Part shown: positions 27,926-41,835 of the stretch, piece by piece
Position numbering within the stretch: position 1 is the stretch's first letter
Layout of the letters: every line of letters starts with the position of its first letter
Assembly: GCF_009914755.1 (NCBI RefSeq)
Contig: NC_060930.1
Length of the DNA: 64,000 nt
Source: the human T2T-CHM13v2.0 reference genome, Homo sapiens
Direction: 5' to 3' (one strand)
Translations under genes and position numbers: made by a program
Notes under the pieces: generated by a model
Database searches by the model: none
What the model was told of the DNA's origin: nothing
What the model saw: only the letters and a program-made list of their open reading frames with translations

Positions 27926-28230
27926 ATATATATATTTAGTAATATATATTATAATTATAATGTATAATTATAATATATTATTATATATAGTAATATATAG
28001 TTATATATAGTAATATATATAAAACTTAGAAGCTCCATCATGGGTATAAGTCAGAGAATGTAAGATTATATATAAATAATATATTAATAATATATATAAA
28101 TATATGTAATATATTATATATTGTTTATATTATATAGTATTTTATATTATATATTATTTATATATTATATATTTTATTATATATTATTTATATATTTATA
28201 TATTATATATTTTTATATATATATATATCT
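27926..28230. repeat. AT-rich (TA)n low-complexity tract interrupted by a duplicated 44-bp unit
   Basis: Nearly pure A/T degenerate (TATAT)n sequence. Confidence 0.9.
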
Positions 28231-28514
28231 TTAGAAGCTCCATAAGTATAAGTCAGAGAATGTAAGATTATCATAATTTCATTCCATCTCTGAAAACATA
28301 TAACAGAGCTCATTAAATGCTTATCAAATAAATAAGTCAAAAAGTCAATAATGTCTCTTAAATGTAAAAGTCAGGGCTTTTTTCTTTTTGGGCTTTTGGT
28401 ATTTGCTAAAACAGGATTTTATTATCTTTTTTTAATTAAGGATTTCAGATTTTTTGGAGGGGTAAAAGGCTTTTGTAACACTTTCTGCTAATAAATAATT
28501 AAAAAATGGTAATT

Positions 28515-28712
28515 GTTGATTGTTAATTGATTACTATTATCAGCCACTGTGCTAAGTGCATCAATTTAGTTAATTCTTAAACACTCCTATAAGGGAATTG
28601 CTATTATTCTCACTTTGCAGATGAAAAAAACAGGCTCAGAGAGGTTAAGTTACTTGCCCAGTGTCACACAGCTAGCATGCTTCAGGGCTAGAATTTGGAC
28701 CTCGTAGTTCTG
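28515..28712 (-). mobile_element. MIR
   Basis: actttgcagatgaaaaaaacaggctcagagaggttaagttacttgccca...tcacacagctag. Confidence 0.85.
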
Positions 28713-28716
28713 GTTC

Positions 28717-29123
28717 TGTTTAAGTCTGCTTGGGCTGCCATAATAAAATACCACAACTGGGTGGTTTAAACAACAGAAATTTATTTTCTCACAATTCTGG
28801 AGAGTAGAAATCTGAGATCAGAGTGCAGCATGATTGGGTTCTGGTGAAGGCTTTCTTCCTGGCTTGCAGACTGCTACCTTCTTGCTATGTCTTGACATGG
28901 CAGGAAGACTGAGAGAGAAAGAGAGAGAGGGAGAGAAAGAAGAAAGACACTGCTTTCTCTTCCTCTTCTCATAAGGTCAATAATCCTATGGGATTAGGAA
29001 CCCATCCTTACAATGTTTTTTAACCTAGATTACTCCCTAAAAGTCTTATCTCCAAATGCAGTCACATGGGGGGTGTTAGGGATTCAACATATAAATTTGG
29101 GGAGACACATTCAGTCTATAACA
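28717..29123 (-). mobile_element. MLT1A-type MaLR LTR
   Basis: tgtttaagtctgcttgggctgccataataaaataccac...acacattcagtctataaca. Near-TSD ggttc/ggctc. Confidence 0.85.
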
Positions 29124-30566
29124 GGCTCCAAAAAGATCTGAGGATACACTTCGGACATTACAAAATGAGATCCAAGAAATCTGCCCTCAAAAATAGACAG
29201 TCCATCCACTGACTGATCACAACTTTCAATGCCCAGCCTCAGCTTCCAATAATTCAGCATGTCAGGGAAGGTCACAATAACATCTCACCCTCAAATTCAA
29301 CCTTCTCAACAGCCAAGAAATTCAAATTTTTGAAAATAAAATAACAATTCCAACAAGTTTCCAACCAGCTCTCTTTTGGATTTCTTGGAGATTTCAAGAT
29401 TTGGAGTTCTTGTTTTGACACTGGGGAGCATAGTTGGGTGAGCCTGTACAGAAGCTGGAATGCACATGTCCCTCAGGTGGTGGTAAAACCCCATCTTGCT
29501 AGTGTTACCTGGACCCTGCTTAGTCAGTACCAAGGCAGTGGGGGAGACAACTAATAAGGACTTACCTAGTGCTGAATGGCCCCAATAATAAACTCCCAGT
29601 GTGTCAAAAGGGTGCACGGGGTAATTTGCTATAAGGCTTTAAAGTTCAATTCCTCAGTATGCTGAAATAGGCACTAGGCTTCCCAGGGAGAACATATCCC
29701 AGTGCTCATGTTTGTCATGAAAATATTGGTGGCATTTTATTTTTGCCTTAGAGAATCAAGTCCAGTTCCAAGCAGGATCCAGATGTTCCTGCATTTTTAT
29801 CCTTCCCTGCTGTCATCTCTCAGTGATTATTGATATTTCTGAAAAGGGAGATGTTTCTGAAATTTTCATTTTCATTAAAAACACATCTTACAAATATTTT
29901 TGTGTTTTCTTTTCTTTTTAAATTTTTCTTATTTTGCCATCTTTAAAAAAATTTCTCAGTTGCAATTTGTTTGACTGTTATGAGGTTTTGGTTTACTTAT
30001 TAATTTACCTTCATTTTTACTCCAGCAGAAATCATTTATAGTGGTAGTGTTTCTCTGCTATGTTTTTGTCTGTATTCTCCTCTCTGCTTCTAAGACTTCT
30101 TCTTTCCTTTCTGCTGTGCATTAAATCTGCCAGTATAAACCTAGCATAAAGATTTTATTCTAGCAACTTTCTACTGTTGCTTCAAAAAAATTAAAATGTA
30201 TTATGGAGATACCAGAGGTAAATCTCTATTTCTCTCTGAGAAAAGTGGCAAGGAGATTATTTTACCTAAGGCTGGAGTCAGTTGCATTTCTTCTTCAGTA
30301 GTGATTGGTTTGGTTTCATTTCAGCTCACACTGCCCTAGTCCATTCAGAGAGAAAATAGAGATGATGTTTTACAAGTATATATGGTCATTATCAAAATTA
30401 TATAAAAATTACATTAAAATTCTGCCTGATAGTCCAGGGAATGCATCTGACATTGAAATAGCAAAACCTGTATTTTACTCCAATTTTTGTAATTAATAAC
30501 ATTGAAACCCATAAACTGATAATATTGAATGCACAGTTATTATATGACAATGGGTTTTTCATGCAT

Positions 30567-30872
30567 TTTCTTTACTTTTTCTTTTCTTCTTGAGACAAGT
30601 TCTCACTTTGTTGCCCAGACTGGAGTGCAGTGGCACAGTAATGGCTCACAGCAGCCTCGAACTCCCAGGCTCAGGTGATCTCCCCACTTCAACTTCTGAG
30701 TAGCTGGGATTACAAGCATGCACCACTACGCCTGGTTAATTTTTGTATTTTTTGTAGAGACGGGGTTTCACCATGTTGCGCAGGCTAGTCTCAAACTCCT
30801 GGCCTCAAGTGATCTGCCCATCTCGGCCTCCCAAAGTCCTGGAACTACAGGCATGAGTCCCTGAGCCCAGAC
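30567..30872 (-). mobile_element. AluJb-like
   Basis: Antisense dimer flanked by atgcattttct repeats (TSD). Confidence 0.92.
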
Positions 30873-31269
30873 TTTTTATGCATTTTCTATTGCTATATTG
30901 CCAATTGAGCAGGACTCTGAGAGGCAGCCTCTACATCTTTAGGCTGGTCATACTTATCTCCCCCAAGGATGTCACACATCCTTACATGTGACTGTTACCT
31001 CTGCCAGGGAACTCTTCTTCATCAGCTTCAAATACACACGAGATAACATCAGTCCACTTTGTTTTATTTCTAACTTCTATGGCAATGGAGAAAAGTCTGC
31101 CCTCAAGAAAAGCTTTTGTTTTTCTGCACTGCGGACTAAACTGAAGTCCTTTTACACTGTCACCCTAGAAGATTTATAATCCACCCCTCATGCTTCAAAT
31201 GTCTTTGTGTCTCTGCTGAGCTACTTTCAAAATTATTTTAAAGTTGAATTTTAGACTTGTATACCATTC

Positions 31270-31640
31270 CAGTGTTTTCTCTGTGAAGTCATAAACTTCT
31301 TGAGGGCAAGGGCCATGTCTTACATATTTTGGCATTATTACGGTGCCCTAAGAAGTGGTTTAAACTCAATAGTAATAAATCAATGTTGAGCAAATATATT
31401 TTATTCAACACATTCTTTTACAGAGCTCACTAGAGGTGGAAGCCATTCTGTGTGTTTAAAAATATTAACTCGACTAAATTTTAAAGTATTATTTTCAACC
31501 CCATTTCACAGATGAGGAAATCAAGGCACAGAGAATTCTGAAAACTACCCAAAGTTGATATAGGTAAAGGTAATAAGTACCTGAGCCAGGATTCAAACCC
31601 TGGCAGTGTGACTCTAGGTGCTCCCTGTGTTCTTGATCAC
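31270..31640. mobile_element. L2 3' end (+) followed by MIR (-)
   Basis: taaacttcttgagggcaagggccatgtct; cccatttcacagatgaggaaatcaaggcacagaga. Confidence 0.75.
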
Positions 31641-31879
31641 CCTCTACCTGGTCTCTCTCTGAGTGAGTAAATACATGAAGGCATGAACAGGCCATCCTTG
31701 AATAAATTGTTCATAGTATTATATTACATTGCCTTGTAATGACAGATTGCTTTCTCCTTAATTACACTGGAATGAAGTGTTGCCCATTTTCTACTTACAT
31801 AATCTGTACTCTCATCAAGAACCTTATTTCAGTTTCTATCTGTTCTTTTTTCTCTCTTTTATACTTATTCACATCCATG

Positions 31880-32060
31880 TCCAGTTAATTTCTAAGACAT
31901 AGCATCCTTTTTCCAGTTTATCATAGTCATAATAGATTTTGATGTTAGGCCTTTTGCCAGATGCTGCCTTCCAAAATTATACATCATCTGCAAATTTAAT
32001 CATGTACTTTCAATTTCACCAGTGACAAAAATTCTTTGGGGCATATTAATCATGTTAATT
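31880..32060 (-). mobile_element. CR1/L3 RT fossil
   Basis: Reverse complement of atacatcatctgcaaatttaatcat reads MIKFADDV, matching the CR1 LIKFADDT catalytic motif. Confidence 0.55.
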
Positions 32061-32878
32061 GTTGACATGTCATGCAATTTTCTACTTGTTTAGACTAAAA
32101 AATTAGTCCTGAGCTCTCTGAAAATAAACAATTCTTAAAAAGTATACTGCATAAATAATATTTCTATGATTCAGAGCCTGGCACTAGGAATTTATCTGAC
32201 AACAAAAATATACATATGGCAGGTAGAAACTTATTATACCAAGTCAAATGTGACTAAGAAATATTTTTTTATTTTATTTTTTAGTGTATAAAACAATCAG
32301 CTTAAGTAATATAAGGACCACATTTGGCCAGACTAGTGAGATGTTAAGTCTTGGTTCATTGTTGAGGTTTCATCTCCTTCTTTAATGGTCCCATGAGAAC
32401 CCAGAGGCTTAAGAGATACCCGAAGGATATGGAAAGGTGTCTAGTCCTTCATTACAGTGTGGTTGTCATGGATGTCTTCATTGTGTAAGCCTGTTTGTTC
32501 CTCTGAAGTCCAAGGGCAACTCGCTCATAGGCCATATGTGGGGCATAGGAATGTCTGCCAAGACTGTTCCAACATGCCTGGGATCCAGCCTCCCTAGATA
32601 TGCTCAGACATTTCTTTCTGATGTTCTGCCATTTGCCCAGAGAGCTATCAGGATCAAAGTCTCCCACTAGGTGAGGTACTTGCATGCCCCTCTCTTTCCC
32701 AAGCTAGGGAATATCTTCCTTTCACCTCTTCTTATGTTGAGACACACCCTGCTGTTCTGTTCCCTCCTTGGAATATGCAGCATAATTCCTTCTATGAGTT
32801 TAGGTGTTTACAAAAAAAAAAACCAGAAAGAGCCAATGACTATAAGGAAGAGTCATCTGAGTAACAATCTTTCTTTAG

Positions 32879-33017
32879 GAGCTGAGTGAAGTGGCTTATG
32901 CCTGTAATCTCAGCACTTTGGGAGGCCAAGGCAGGAGGATCATTTGAGCGCAGGAGTTCAAAACCAGCCTGGGCAATAAAGCAAGATCCCATCTCTACTA
33001 TAGATGTATATGTCTAT

Positions 33018-33057
<40 letters not shown>

Positions 33058-33100
33058 TTGCATGTAAGTACATACATATATTTGCATGTATATATATATA
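32879..33100 (+). mobile_element. FLAM_C / Alu left monomer followed by a (TG)n/(TA)n microsatellite
   Basis: gtggcttatgcctgtaatctcagcactttgggagg...aggatcatttgagcgcagg...cccatctctacta, then (TG)n. Confidence 0.88.
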
Positions 33101-33557
33101 TTTGTTTCCTCCTCTTGGGCAAGGAAGCACAGAAGCTGGTTCCCAGAAGTGGAGAAGGAAAAATACAGGGAGGAAAAAACTAAATTAGTATTGGAAGAAA
33201 TTACCCTGACATACTTGGGGACAGGGTATTGCTTTTAGTTTGCTCCCAGTTTTAGCCAAGGAAATAAGATGTATTCATCAAACAAACATATCAACACGTG
33301 ACCCTACAAAGTGAGTACTAACTATCAACTAAATTATAAGAAGTTCAGAGAACAGGATTTATCAGTTGTACACTGAACTTTCTGGGACTGGCTAAAAAGA
33401 AATCTGGCTTAGGGGAGACTTTCAGGAAAAAAAAATGAGTCAAGTTTGAACAAAAAAACTTGTTCAGCCATTTCATTAAAGAATCATGCAAGGAGAAAGC
33501 TGTAGAAATGCAGAAGCTAAGAAAAATCAGATACAATCTTAAAATTGGCACTTTTTT

Positions 33558-35163
33558 GAAAGACATCCCATGCTCATGGATCAACAGAATTAATATTGTT
33601 AAAATGACAATATCAAGCAAAGTAACCTACAGGTTCAATGCAATCCTTATCAAAATACCAATGACATTCTTTATATAAATAGAAAAAAAATCTAAGATTG
33701 ATATGAAACCACAGAAGACCCCAAATAGCCAAAGCAATCTTGAACAAAAAGAAAAAGGCTGGGGGCATTACACTACCAGACTTTAAAATATACTACAAAG
33801 CTGTAGTAGGCAAAGCAGCATGAAACTATCATAAAAACAGACACATAGACCAATGGAAAAGAACAAAGAATGTAGAAATTAATATGTGTATCAACAGCCC
33901 ACTGATTTTTGACAAAGGTGTAAATAACACTCATTGGGAAAAGGAGAGTCTTTTCAATAAATGATGCTGGGAAAACTGAATATCCATATGCAGAAGAATG
34001 AAAATAGACCCCTACCACTCACCCTCTACAAAAATCAACTCAAAATAGATCAAAGACCTAAACATAAAACATGAAACTATAAAAATACTGAAAGAAAACA
34101 TAAGGAAGATAATTTAGGACATTGGTCTGGGAAAAGATTTTATGAGTAAGACCTAAAAAAGCACATATAACACAAGCAAAAATAAACAAGTGGAATTATA
34201 TCAAACTAAAAAGCTTCTGCATGGCACAAGAAACAATCAACACAGTGAAAAGCCAACCTACAGAATGGGAGACAATATTTACAAACGATGCATCCACAGG
34301 GAATTAATAACCAGAATATACAAAGAACTCAAGCATCTCAAGAGTGAAAAAACAAACGACCTGATGAAAAAAATTGCAAATAATTTTTACAGACATTTCT
34401 CAAAAGAAGATATACAGATCGCCAACAAATATGTGAAAAAATGCTCAACATCACTAATCATCAGAGAAATGAAAATCAAAACCACAATGAAGTATGTCAT
34501 CTCACTCTGGTTTGGTGGCTATTACCAAAAAGACAAAAGTAACAAATGCTGGCCAGGATGTGGAGAAAAGAGAAGTTATACACTATTGGTAGAAATGTAA
34601 ACTATTATAGCCACTATGAAGATCAGTATGGAGGTTCCTTAAAAAACTACAAATAGAATTACCATGTGATCTAGCAATATCACTACTGCTGATTTATCTG
34701 AAGGAAACAAAATCAGTATACGGAAGAGACATCTGCTCATCCATGTTTACTTTATCACTATTCACAATAGCCAAGATATGGAATCAACCTATGTGTCCAA
34801 CAACAGATGAATGGAAAATAAAAATGTGGCATATATACACAATTAAATACTATTTAGTCATAAGACATAATAAAAATCCTGTCATTCCTGGCAACATGGA
34901 TGGAACTGGAGGACAGCATAATAAGTGAAATAAGCCAGGAACAGAAAATTAAATAGTGAATGTCCTTACTTTTATGTGGAAGCTAAAAAGGTTAATCTCA
35001 TGGAAGTGAAAAGTAGAACAGAGGATATTAGAGGATGGGAAGGAGAGGAGAAAGGAAAGGATAGGGAGAGACTTATTAAAGAATACAAAATTACAACTAG
35101 ATAAGAAGAATAAGTTCTAGTGTTCTATACCACTGTATGATGACTATAGTTAACAATAATACA
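33558..35163 (+). mobile_element. L1MA1-3-type LINE, 5'-truncated (left part)
   Basis: ORF2 C-terminal remnants ([16 protein letters not shown]) and an L1MA 3'UTR (aagaataagttctagtgttctata...gactatagttaacaataat). Confidence 0.88.
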
Positions 35164-36289
35164 GGGAGATCTTCCAAGATGGCTGAATAGGAACAGCTCC
35201 GATCTGCAGCTCCCAGCAAGATTGATGCAAAAGATGGGTGATTTCTGCATATCCAACTGAAGTACCTGGTTCATCTTATTGAGACTGGTTGGACAGTGGG
35301 TGCAGCCCATGGAGGGTGAACTGAAGCAGGGCAGGGCATGGCCTCACTGGGGAAGCACAAGAGGTCAGGGGATTTCCCTTTCCTAGCCAAGGGAAGCCGT
35401 GAGAGACTGTACCAGGAGGAATGGTACACTCCTGCCCACATACAGTGCTTTTCCCATGGTCTTCACAACTAGAAGACCAGGAGATTCCCTCCAGTGCCTG
35501 GCTCAGCAGGTTCTATGCCTACGGAGCCTAGCAAGCTAAGATCCATTGCCTTGAAATTCTCCTGCTAGCACAGTGGTCTGCAATGGACCTGGGATGCTGG
35601 AGCTTGGAGGGGGAGACGCATCCGCCATTGCTGAGGCTTGAGTAGGCAGTTTTATGCTCACAGCATAAACAAAGCTGCCGGGAAGCTCAAACTGGGTGGA
35701 GCCCACTGCAGCTCACCAAGGTTGACTGCCTCTCTAGATTCCACCTCTGTGGGCAGGGCATATCTGAACAAAAGGCAGCAGGCCCAGTCAGGGACTTATA
35801 GATATAAACCTCAACTCCCTGGGACAGAGCACCTGGGGGAAGGGGCAGCTGTGGGCACAGCTTCTGCAGACTTAAACGTCCCTGTCTGACAGCTCTGAAG
35901 AAAGCAATGGTTCTCCCAGCATGGCGTTCAATCTCTGATAATGGACAGACTGCCTCCTCAAGTGTGTCCCTGAGGCCCATGTAGCCTGACTGGGAGACAT
36001 CTCCGAGTAGAGGCTGATAGACACCACTTTCTGGGACAAAGTTTCCAGAGGAAGGATCAGGCAGCAATATTTGCTATTCTGAAGCCTCCGCTGATGATAC
36101 CCAGGCAAACAGGGTCTGGAGTGGACCTCCAGCAAACTCCAACAGACCTGCAGCTGAGGGGCCTGTCTGGTAGAAGGAAAACTAACAAACAGAAAGGAAT
36201 AGCATCAATGTCAACAAAAAGGACATCCACACCAAAATCCCATCCATAGGTCACCAACATCAAATACCAAAGGTAGATAAAACCACAAA

Positions 36290-37300
36290 GAGGGGAAAAA
36301 CCAGAGCAGAAAGGTTGAAAATTCCTGAAGCCAGAATGTCTCTTCTCCTCCAAAGGATCACAACTCCTTACCAGCAAGGGACCAAAACTGGATGGAGAAT
36401 GAGTTTGCTGAGTTGACAGAAGTAGGCTTCAGAAGATGGGTAAGAACAAACTTCTCCGAGCTAAAGAAGCATGTTGTAACACATTGCAAGGAAGCTAAAA
36501 ACTTTGAAAATGGATATGGCTAACTAGAAGAACCAGTGTAAAGAAGAATATAAATGACCTGATGGAGCTGAAAAACACAGCATGAGAACTTCATGAAGCA
36601 TACACAAGCTTCAATAGCTGATTCGATCAAGTGGAAGAAAGGATATCAGAGATTGAAGATCAAATTAATGAAATAAAGCGAGACGACAAGATTAGAGAAA
36701 AAAGAGTGAAAAGAAATGAACAAAGCCACCAAGAAATATGGGACTATGTGAAAAGACCAAATCTATGTTTGATTGGTGTACCTGAAAGTGACAGGGAGAA
36801 TGGAACCAAGTTAAAAACCCTATTCAGGATATTATCCAGGAGAACTTCCCCAACCTAGCAAGACAGGCCAACATTCAAATTCAGGAAATATGGAGCAAAG
36901 ATATTCCTTGAAAAGAGCAATCCCAAGACATAAAATCGTCAGATTCACCAAGGTTGAAATGAAGGAAAAAATGTTAAGGGCAGCCAGAGAGAAAGGTCAG
37001 GTAAACCATAAAGGGAAGCCCATCAGACTAACAGTGGATCTCTCTGCAGAAACCCTACAAGCCAGAAGAGAGTGGGGGCCAAAATTCAACATTGTTAAAG
37101 AAAAGCATTTTCAACCTGGAATTTCATATCCAGCCAAACTAAGCTTCACAAGTGAAGGAGAAATAAAATCCTTTATAGACAAGCAAATGCTGAGAGATTT
37201 TGTCACCACCAGGCCTGCCCTAAAAGAGCTCCTGAAGGAAGCACTAAACATGGAAAGGAACAAACGGCACCACCCACTGCAAAAACATGCCAAATTGTAA
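36290..37300 (+). pseudogene. L1 ORF1p, disrupted
   Basis: ORF pieces MEERISEIEDQ... and VRFTKVEMKEKMLRAAREK...LQKHAKL*. Start ATG lost, with stops and frameshifts. Confidence 0.9.
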
Positions 37301-37363
37301 AGACCATCAATTTTATGAAGAAACTTCATCAATTAATGAGCAAAATAACCAGCTAGCATCATA

Positions 37364-40300
37364 ATGATAGGACCAAATACACACATGACAATATTAACCT
37401 TAAATGTAAATGAGGTAAATGCCCCAATTAAAAGACACAGACTGGCAAATTGGATAAAGACTCAGACCCATCAGTGTGCTGTACTCAGGAGACCCATCTC
37501 ACGTGCAGAGACACATGAAATAAAGGGATGGAGGAAGATCTACCAGGCAAAAGGAAAGCAAAAAAAAGGCAGGGGTTGCAATGCTAGTCTCTGATAAAAC
37601 AGACTTTAAACCAACAAAGATGAAAAGAGACAAAGAAGGCCATTACATAATAATAAAGGGATAAACTCAATAAGAAGAGCTAATTATCCTAAATATATAT
37701 GCAACCAATATAGGAGCACCCAGATTCATAAAGCAAGTTCTTAGAGACCTACAAAGAGAGTTAGACTCCAATACAATAATAATGGGAGACTTTAACACCC
37801 CACTGTCAATATTAGACAGATCAACAAAACAGAAAATTAAGAAGGATATCCAGGGCTTGAACTCAGGTCTGGACCAAGTGGACCTAATAGACATCTACAG
37901 AACTCTCTACCCCAAGTCAACAGAATATACATTCTTCTCAGCACCACATCACACTTATTCTAAAATTGACCACATAATTGGAAATAAAACACTCCTCAGC
38001 AAATGTAAAAGAACGGAAATCACAACAAACTGTCTCTCAGACCACAGTGCAATCAAACTAGAACTCGGGATAAAGAAACTAACTCAAAACTGCACAACCA
38101 CATGGAAACTGAACAACCTGCTGCTGAATGATGACTGGGTAAATAACAAAATGAAGGCAGAAATAAAGATGCTCTTTGAAAACAATGAGAACAAAGACAC
38201 AACATACCAGAATCTCTGGGACACAGCTAAGGCAGTGAGTAGAGGGAAATTTATAACACTAAATGCCCACAAGAGAAATCAGGAAAGATCTAAAATCGAC
38301 ACCCTAACATCAGAATTAAAAGAATTAGGAAAGCAAGAGCAAACAAATTCAAAAGCTAGCAGAAGACAAGAAATAACTAAGATCAGAGCAGAAGTGAAGG
38401 AAATAGAGACACAAAAAAACCTTCAAAACATCAATGAATCCAGGAGCTGGTTTGTTGAAAAGATCAACAAAATCGATAGACCGTTAGCAAGACTAATAAA
38501 GAAGAAAAGAGAGAAGAATCAAACAGACGCAATAAAAAATGATAAAGGGGATATCACCACCAATCCCACAGAAATACAAACTACCATCAGAGAATACTAT
38601 AAACACTTCTATGCAAATGAATTAGAAAGTCTAGAAGAAATGTATAAATTCCCAGACACATACACTCTCCCAGAACTAACTAAGAAGTCGAATCTCTGAA
38701 TAGACCAATAACAGGTTCTGAAATTGAGGCAATAATTAATGGTGTACCCACCAAAAAAGTCCAGGACCAGACGGACTCACAGCCGAATTCTACCAGAGGT
38801 ACAAAGAGGAGCTGGTCCCATTCCTTCTGAAACTATTCCAATCAATAGAAAAAGAGGGAATCCTCTCTAACTCATTTTATGAAGTCAGCATCATCCTGAT
38901 TGGCAGAGATACAACAAAAAAAAAGAAAATTTTAGGCCAATATCCCTGATGAACATTGAGGCAAAAATCCTCAATAAAATACTAGCAAAACAAATCCAGC
39001 AGCACATCAAAAAGCTTATCCATCTTGATCAAGTTGGCTTCATCCCTGGGATGCAAGGCTGGTTCAACATATGCAAATCAATAAACGTAAGCCATCACAC
39101 AAACAGAACCAATGACAAAAACCACATGATTATCTCAATAGGTTCAGAAAATGCCTTGGACAAAATTCAACAGCCCTTCATGCTAAAAACTCTCAATAAA
39201 CCAGGTATTGATGGACTGTATCTCAAGAGCTATTTATGACAAACCCACAGACAATATCATACTGAATGGGCAAAAACTGGAAGCATTCCCTTTGAAAACC
39301 AGCACAAGACAAGGAGGCCCCCTCTCACCACTCCTATTCAACATAGTATTGGAAGTTCTGGCCAGGGCAATCAGGCAAGAGAAAGAAATAAAGGTTATTC
39401 AATTAGGAAAAGAGGAAGTCAAATTGTCCCTCTTTGCAGATGACATGATTGTGTATTTAGAAAACCCCATTGTCTCAGCCCAAAATCTCCTTAAGCTGAT
39501 AAACAACTTCAACAAAGTCTCAGGGTACAAAATCAATGTGCAAAAATCACAAGCATTCCTATACACCAATAAGAGACAAACAGAGAGAAAAATCATGAGT
39601 GAACTCCCATTCACAATTGCTACCAAGAGAATAAAATACCTAGGAGCCCAACTTACAGAGGATGTGAAGGACCTCTTCAAGGAGAACTACAAACCACTGC
39701 TCAATGAAACAAGAGAGGACACTAACAAATGGAAGAACATTCCATGCTCATGGATAGGAAGAATCAATATTGTGAAAATGGACATACTGCCCGAAGTAAT
39801 TTATATATTCAATGCTATCCCCATAAAGCTACCACTGACTTTCTTCACAGAATTGGAAAATACTACTCTAAACTTCATATGGAATCAAAAAAGAGCCCAC
39901 ATAGCCAAGACAATCTTAAGCAAAAAGAACAAAGCTGGAGGCATCACACTACCTGACTTCAAGCTATAATACAAGGCTACGGTAACCAAAACAGCATGGT
40001 ACTGGTACCAAAACAAATATATAGTCCAGTGGAACAGAACAGAGCCCTCAGAAATAACACCACACATCTACAACAATTTGATATTTGACAGAGCTGACAA
40101 AAACAAGCAATGGGGATAGGATACTCTATTTAATAAATGGTGTTGGGAAAACTGGTTAGCCATATGTAGAAAGCTGAAATAGAATCCCTTCCTTACACCT
40201 TATACAAAAATTAACTGAAGATGGAATGAAGACTTAAATGTAAGACCTAAAACCATAAAAACCCTAGAAGAAAACCTAGGCAATACCATTCAGGACATAG

Positions 40301-41163
40301 GCATGGGCAAAGACTTCATGACTAAAACACCAAAAGCAATGCCAACAAAAGCCAGAATTGACAAATGGGATCTAATTAAACTATAGAGCTTAGGCACAGC
40401 AAAATAAACTATTAGCAGAGTGTACCAGTAACCTACAGAATGGGAGAAAATTTTTGCAATCTATCCATCTGACAAAGGGCTAATATCCAGAATCTACAAA
40501 GAACATAAACAAATTCACAAGAAAAACACAAACAACACCATCAAAAAGTGGGCAAAAGATATGAATAGACACTTGTCAAAGGAAGACATTTATGCAGCCA
40601 ACAGACATATGAAAAAATGCTCATCATTACTGGTCATTAGAGAAATGCAAATCAAAACCACAATGAGACACCATCTCACGCCAGTTAGAATGTCAATCAT
40701 TAAAAAGTCAGGAAACAATAGATGCTGGAGAGGATATGGAGAAATAGGAACACTTTTACACTGTTGGTGGGAGTGTAAATTAGTTCAGCCCTTGTGGAAG
40801 ACAGTGTGGCGATTCCTCAAGGATCTAGAACTAGAAATACCATTTGACCCAGCAATCCCATTACTGGGTACACACCCAAAGGATTATAAATCATGCTATT
40901 ATAAAGACACATGCACACATATGTTTATTGCAGCACTATTCACAATAGCAAAGACTTGGAACCAACCCTATTGTACATCAATGATAGACTGGATAAAGAA
41001 AATGTGGCACATATATCCCAAGGAATACTATGCAGCCATAAAAAAGGAAGAGTTAATGTTCTTTGCAGGGACATGGATGAAGCTGGAAGCCATCATTCTC
41101 AGCAAACTATCACAAGGACAGATAACAAAACACCACATGTTCTCACTCATAAGTGGGAGTTGA
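37364..41163 (+). pseudogene. L1 ORF2p (endonuclease/RT), disrupted
   Basis: EN motifs ([21 protein letters not shown]), RT motifs ([14 protein letters not shown]) and the Cys-rich C-terminus, spread over several frames. Confidence 0.93.
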
Positions 41164-41373
41164 ACAATGAGAACACATGGACACAGGGAGGGGAACATGA
41201 CACACTGGGGTCTGTTAGGGGTGGGGGCTGGAGGAGCAATAGCATTAGGAGAAACACCTAATGTAAATGACAAGTTGATGGGTGCAGTGAACCAACATGG
41301 CATATGTATACCTATGTAACAAACCTGCATGTTCTGCACATGTATCCTAGAACTTAAATACATATATAAAAAA

Positions 41374-41812
41374 GAAGTTGCTTCTTATGGATGAGCAAAG
41401 AAAGTGGTTTCTTCAGATCTATTCTTCACAAAGATGCTGCGAACATTGTTGAAATGACAACAAAGGATTTAGAATATTCATACACTTAATTGATAAAGCA
41501 GTGAACCAGTGATGGGGTTTAAGAAGATTGCCTCCAATTTTGAAAAAAGTTTTACTGTTGGTCAAATGCTAACAAACAGCATTGCTACAGAGAAATCTTT
41601 CATGAAAGAAAGAGTCAATCAAAGAGGTAAACTTCATTGTTGTTTTATTTTAAGAAATTGCTGCAACCACCACAGCCTTCAGCAACCACTACCCTTAGGA
41701 GTCAGCAGCCATCAACACTAAGGAGAGGTTCTCCACCAGCAAAAAGATGACAGCTGGCTAGAGACACAGATGGTTGTTAGCATTTTTAGCAGTACAGTGT
41801 TTTTTAAATTAA
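41374..41812 (+). mobile_element. Tigger1 internal fragment without TIRs, carried as an L1 3' transduction
   Basis: gttgcttcttatggatgagcaaagaaagtggtttct...gaaatgacaacaaaggatttagaatatt...ccaccagcaaaaagat matches the Tigger1 transposase 3' part. Confidence 0.88.
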
Positions 41813-41835
41813 ACAAAATCAAATAAACAAAAAAA

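Larger units (their letters stand above)
35164..41373 (+). mobile_element. Full-length L1PA6/L1PA7-type LINE-1 (inactive)
   Basis: 5'UTR ccaagatggctgaataggaacagctcc...gttggacagtgggtgcagcc, then ORF1, ORF2, 3'UTR and a short A-tail. About 6.2 kb. Confidence 0.95.

Noticed and set aside
37782-41163. Long ORFs (305, 253 and 200 aa) as an active gene
   Set aside because: They are fragments of one L1 ORF2 broken by frameshifts and stops.
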